This document shows positions 43,226 through 44,158 of a DNA stretch of 44,158 bases, one piece after another (position 1 is the stretch's first letter; every line of letters starts with the position of its first letter). The stretch is from an uncultured Candidatus Saccharibacteria bacterium (lineage in GTDB: Bacteria > Patescibacteriota > Minisyncoccia > Phycocordibacterales > XYD1-FULL-46-19), in assembly GCA_964446245.1 (NCBI GenBank), contig CAYUNI010000004.1, positions 1 through 44,158 on the forward strand, in the 5' to 3' direction. The notes beneath the pieces are model-generated. The model saw only the letters and a program-made list of their open reading frames with translations, made no database searches and had not been told where the DNA came from. The position numbers and the translations under genes are program-made.

Positions 43226-44158
43226 TTATTTAATCACCCACTTTTGCTTTCCACCTTGGCGGAAATATTTTTCATGACCGTGATCCCAAAAAATAACTTT
43301 AGGTATAGCTCGCTTTTTCATTATGCCGTGGATAACTTTATACTCAGAATTTTCTTCAAGTAAAGCTCTCTCGATATTTTTACTTATAACTTTATCAAGT
43401 TTTTCCATCGTTTTTAAGCCAGGTTTTAATTCGACATTAATTTCCAAATAAGGGTTGAGTTTTTTATCACTTTTTACCAACATAGTAAAACGCCCCGTGA
43501 CACAATCTTCAAAATCTTCGGATATTAAGACTTTTTTTACCGTCTCGGGATAAACATTGGCTCCAGATAAACTTACACTCAGGTCAGCTCTTTCATAAAC
43601 ATAGACAAAAGGCAGGTTCATCACTTTTTTTCTTATATCGGCTTTGTCTATTTCTTTTTCTAGATCAATTCCATGATTGTCAAAAATATTTTTCATTTGT
43701 TCAAAACTAACCACCCCGCCATTGTCTTTTAAGTCATAACGAACTAAAGGTATGCCGCTAAAAGTAGAACAAATAATTTTCCCTTTTATATCTTCAAAAT
43801 AAAACATTTCCGGAAGATATTGAGCCAGGGTTGGCAATTTGCATGTGCTAGAAAAAATAGATTGATAAAGTTCTGGCTTAGGAATAGCCAACCTCCTAAT
43901 CAAAACACTCAAAGGTGTCTCATGAGCTATTGTCCCCTGATCTACTGTTCCATAATGATTCAAGGTTAAAGAATAAATATCCTTAATCCCACTATTCTTG
44001 GCAATATAGTCCCGAAACTTTTCGCTAAAAGCCTCGGCTGAAAAAATAAATTTTATATTATACTTTGTCCAGTCTAGTCCATTTATAATCCCCTCATCAA
44101 TCACATCCTTAACAAAGGGCGGATAACCTCCCAAAAGGATCTGATCATAGTTATGTCC
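43226..44158 (-). CDS. Phenylacetate-CoA ligase / F390-synthetase-like adenylate-forming enzyme (C-terminal part; N-terminus off the window)
   Basis: The reading frame stays open to the window edge (GHNYDQILLGGYPPFVKD...). The track start is only an internal TTG. The C-terminal block SLSGANVYPETVKKVL resembles the PaaK/CapK family. Confidence 0.5.
   Translation of the reverse strand, partial: GHNYDQILLGGYPPFVKDVIDEGIINGLDWTKYNIKFIFSAEAFSEKFRDYIAKNSGIKDIYSLTLNHYGTVDQGTIAHETPLSVLIRRLAIPKPELYQSIFSSTCKLPTLAQYLPEMFYFEDIKGKIICSTFSGIPLVRYDLKDNGGVVSFEQMKNIFDNHGIDLEKEIDKADIRKKVMNLPFVYVYERADLSVSLSGANVYPETVKKVLISEDFEDCVTGRFTMLVKSDKKLNPYLEINVELKPGLKTMEKLDKVISKNIERALLEENSEYKVIHGIMKKRAIPKVIFWDHGHEKYFRQGGKQKWVIK

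Overview
AT-rich, gene-dense window that is almost entirely housekeeping. It reads like a streamlined bacterial chromosome, possibly CPR/Patescibacteria-like (inference from gene content only). TGA is used as a stop, so the standard bacterial code applies. Positions 1-29.4 kb form one minus-strand block: a LOG-like protein, an orphan LivJ-like binding protein, a radical SAM enzyme, a decayed ABC ATPase, a papain-fold hydrolase, a tRNA-Glu locus, mraZ-rsmH-ftsL-ftsI-murF, lysS, greA, mrdA-mreD-mreC-mreB, proS, a small three-gene islet, rseP-frr-holB-mreB2-murA, and a four-gene secreted/membrane cluster. Next come priA-def-fmt (+), hpf/DUF167/pyk/SIMPL/cdaA (-), eno-gpmI (+), and a histidine kinase, an Acg-type nitroreductase and a PaaK-like ligase (-). 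The unexplained signals sit in the few accessory gaps. (1) At 17.9-19.5 kb, four copies of a ~29-nt direct repeat split the rseP-proS gap into three self-contained promoter-gene-terminator modules: an NDT-like protein, a 49-aa two-TM peptide and a GC-rich orphan. (2) At 4.2-5.0 kb, an intact tRNA-Glu(CUC) sits beside a tRNA-Glu(UUC) 5' half that carries an 81-nt GC-rich hairpin insertion in its D-loop. The same region holds three scattered copies of the tRNA 3' segment, ~127-nt structured repeats, and an adjacent GC-rich orphan gene on the opposite strand. (3) At 0.66-1.14 kb, a 486-nt non-coding gap has tmRNA/tRNA-like pieces that cannot be assembled into a canonical gene, plus a perfect 15-bp hairpin. 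Other points: a PriA with both ATPase motifs substituted, a CdaA-YbbR fusion, and a WxL/DUF916-like surface-protein cluster co-oriented with murA. No CRISPR array, transposase, integrase or rRNA was seen.
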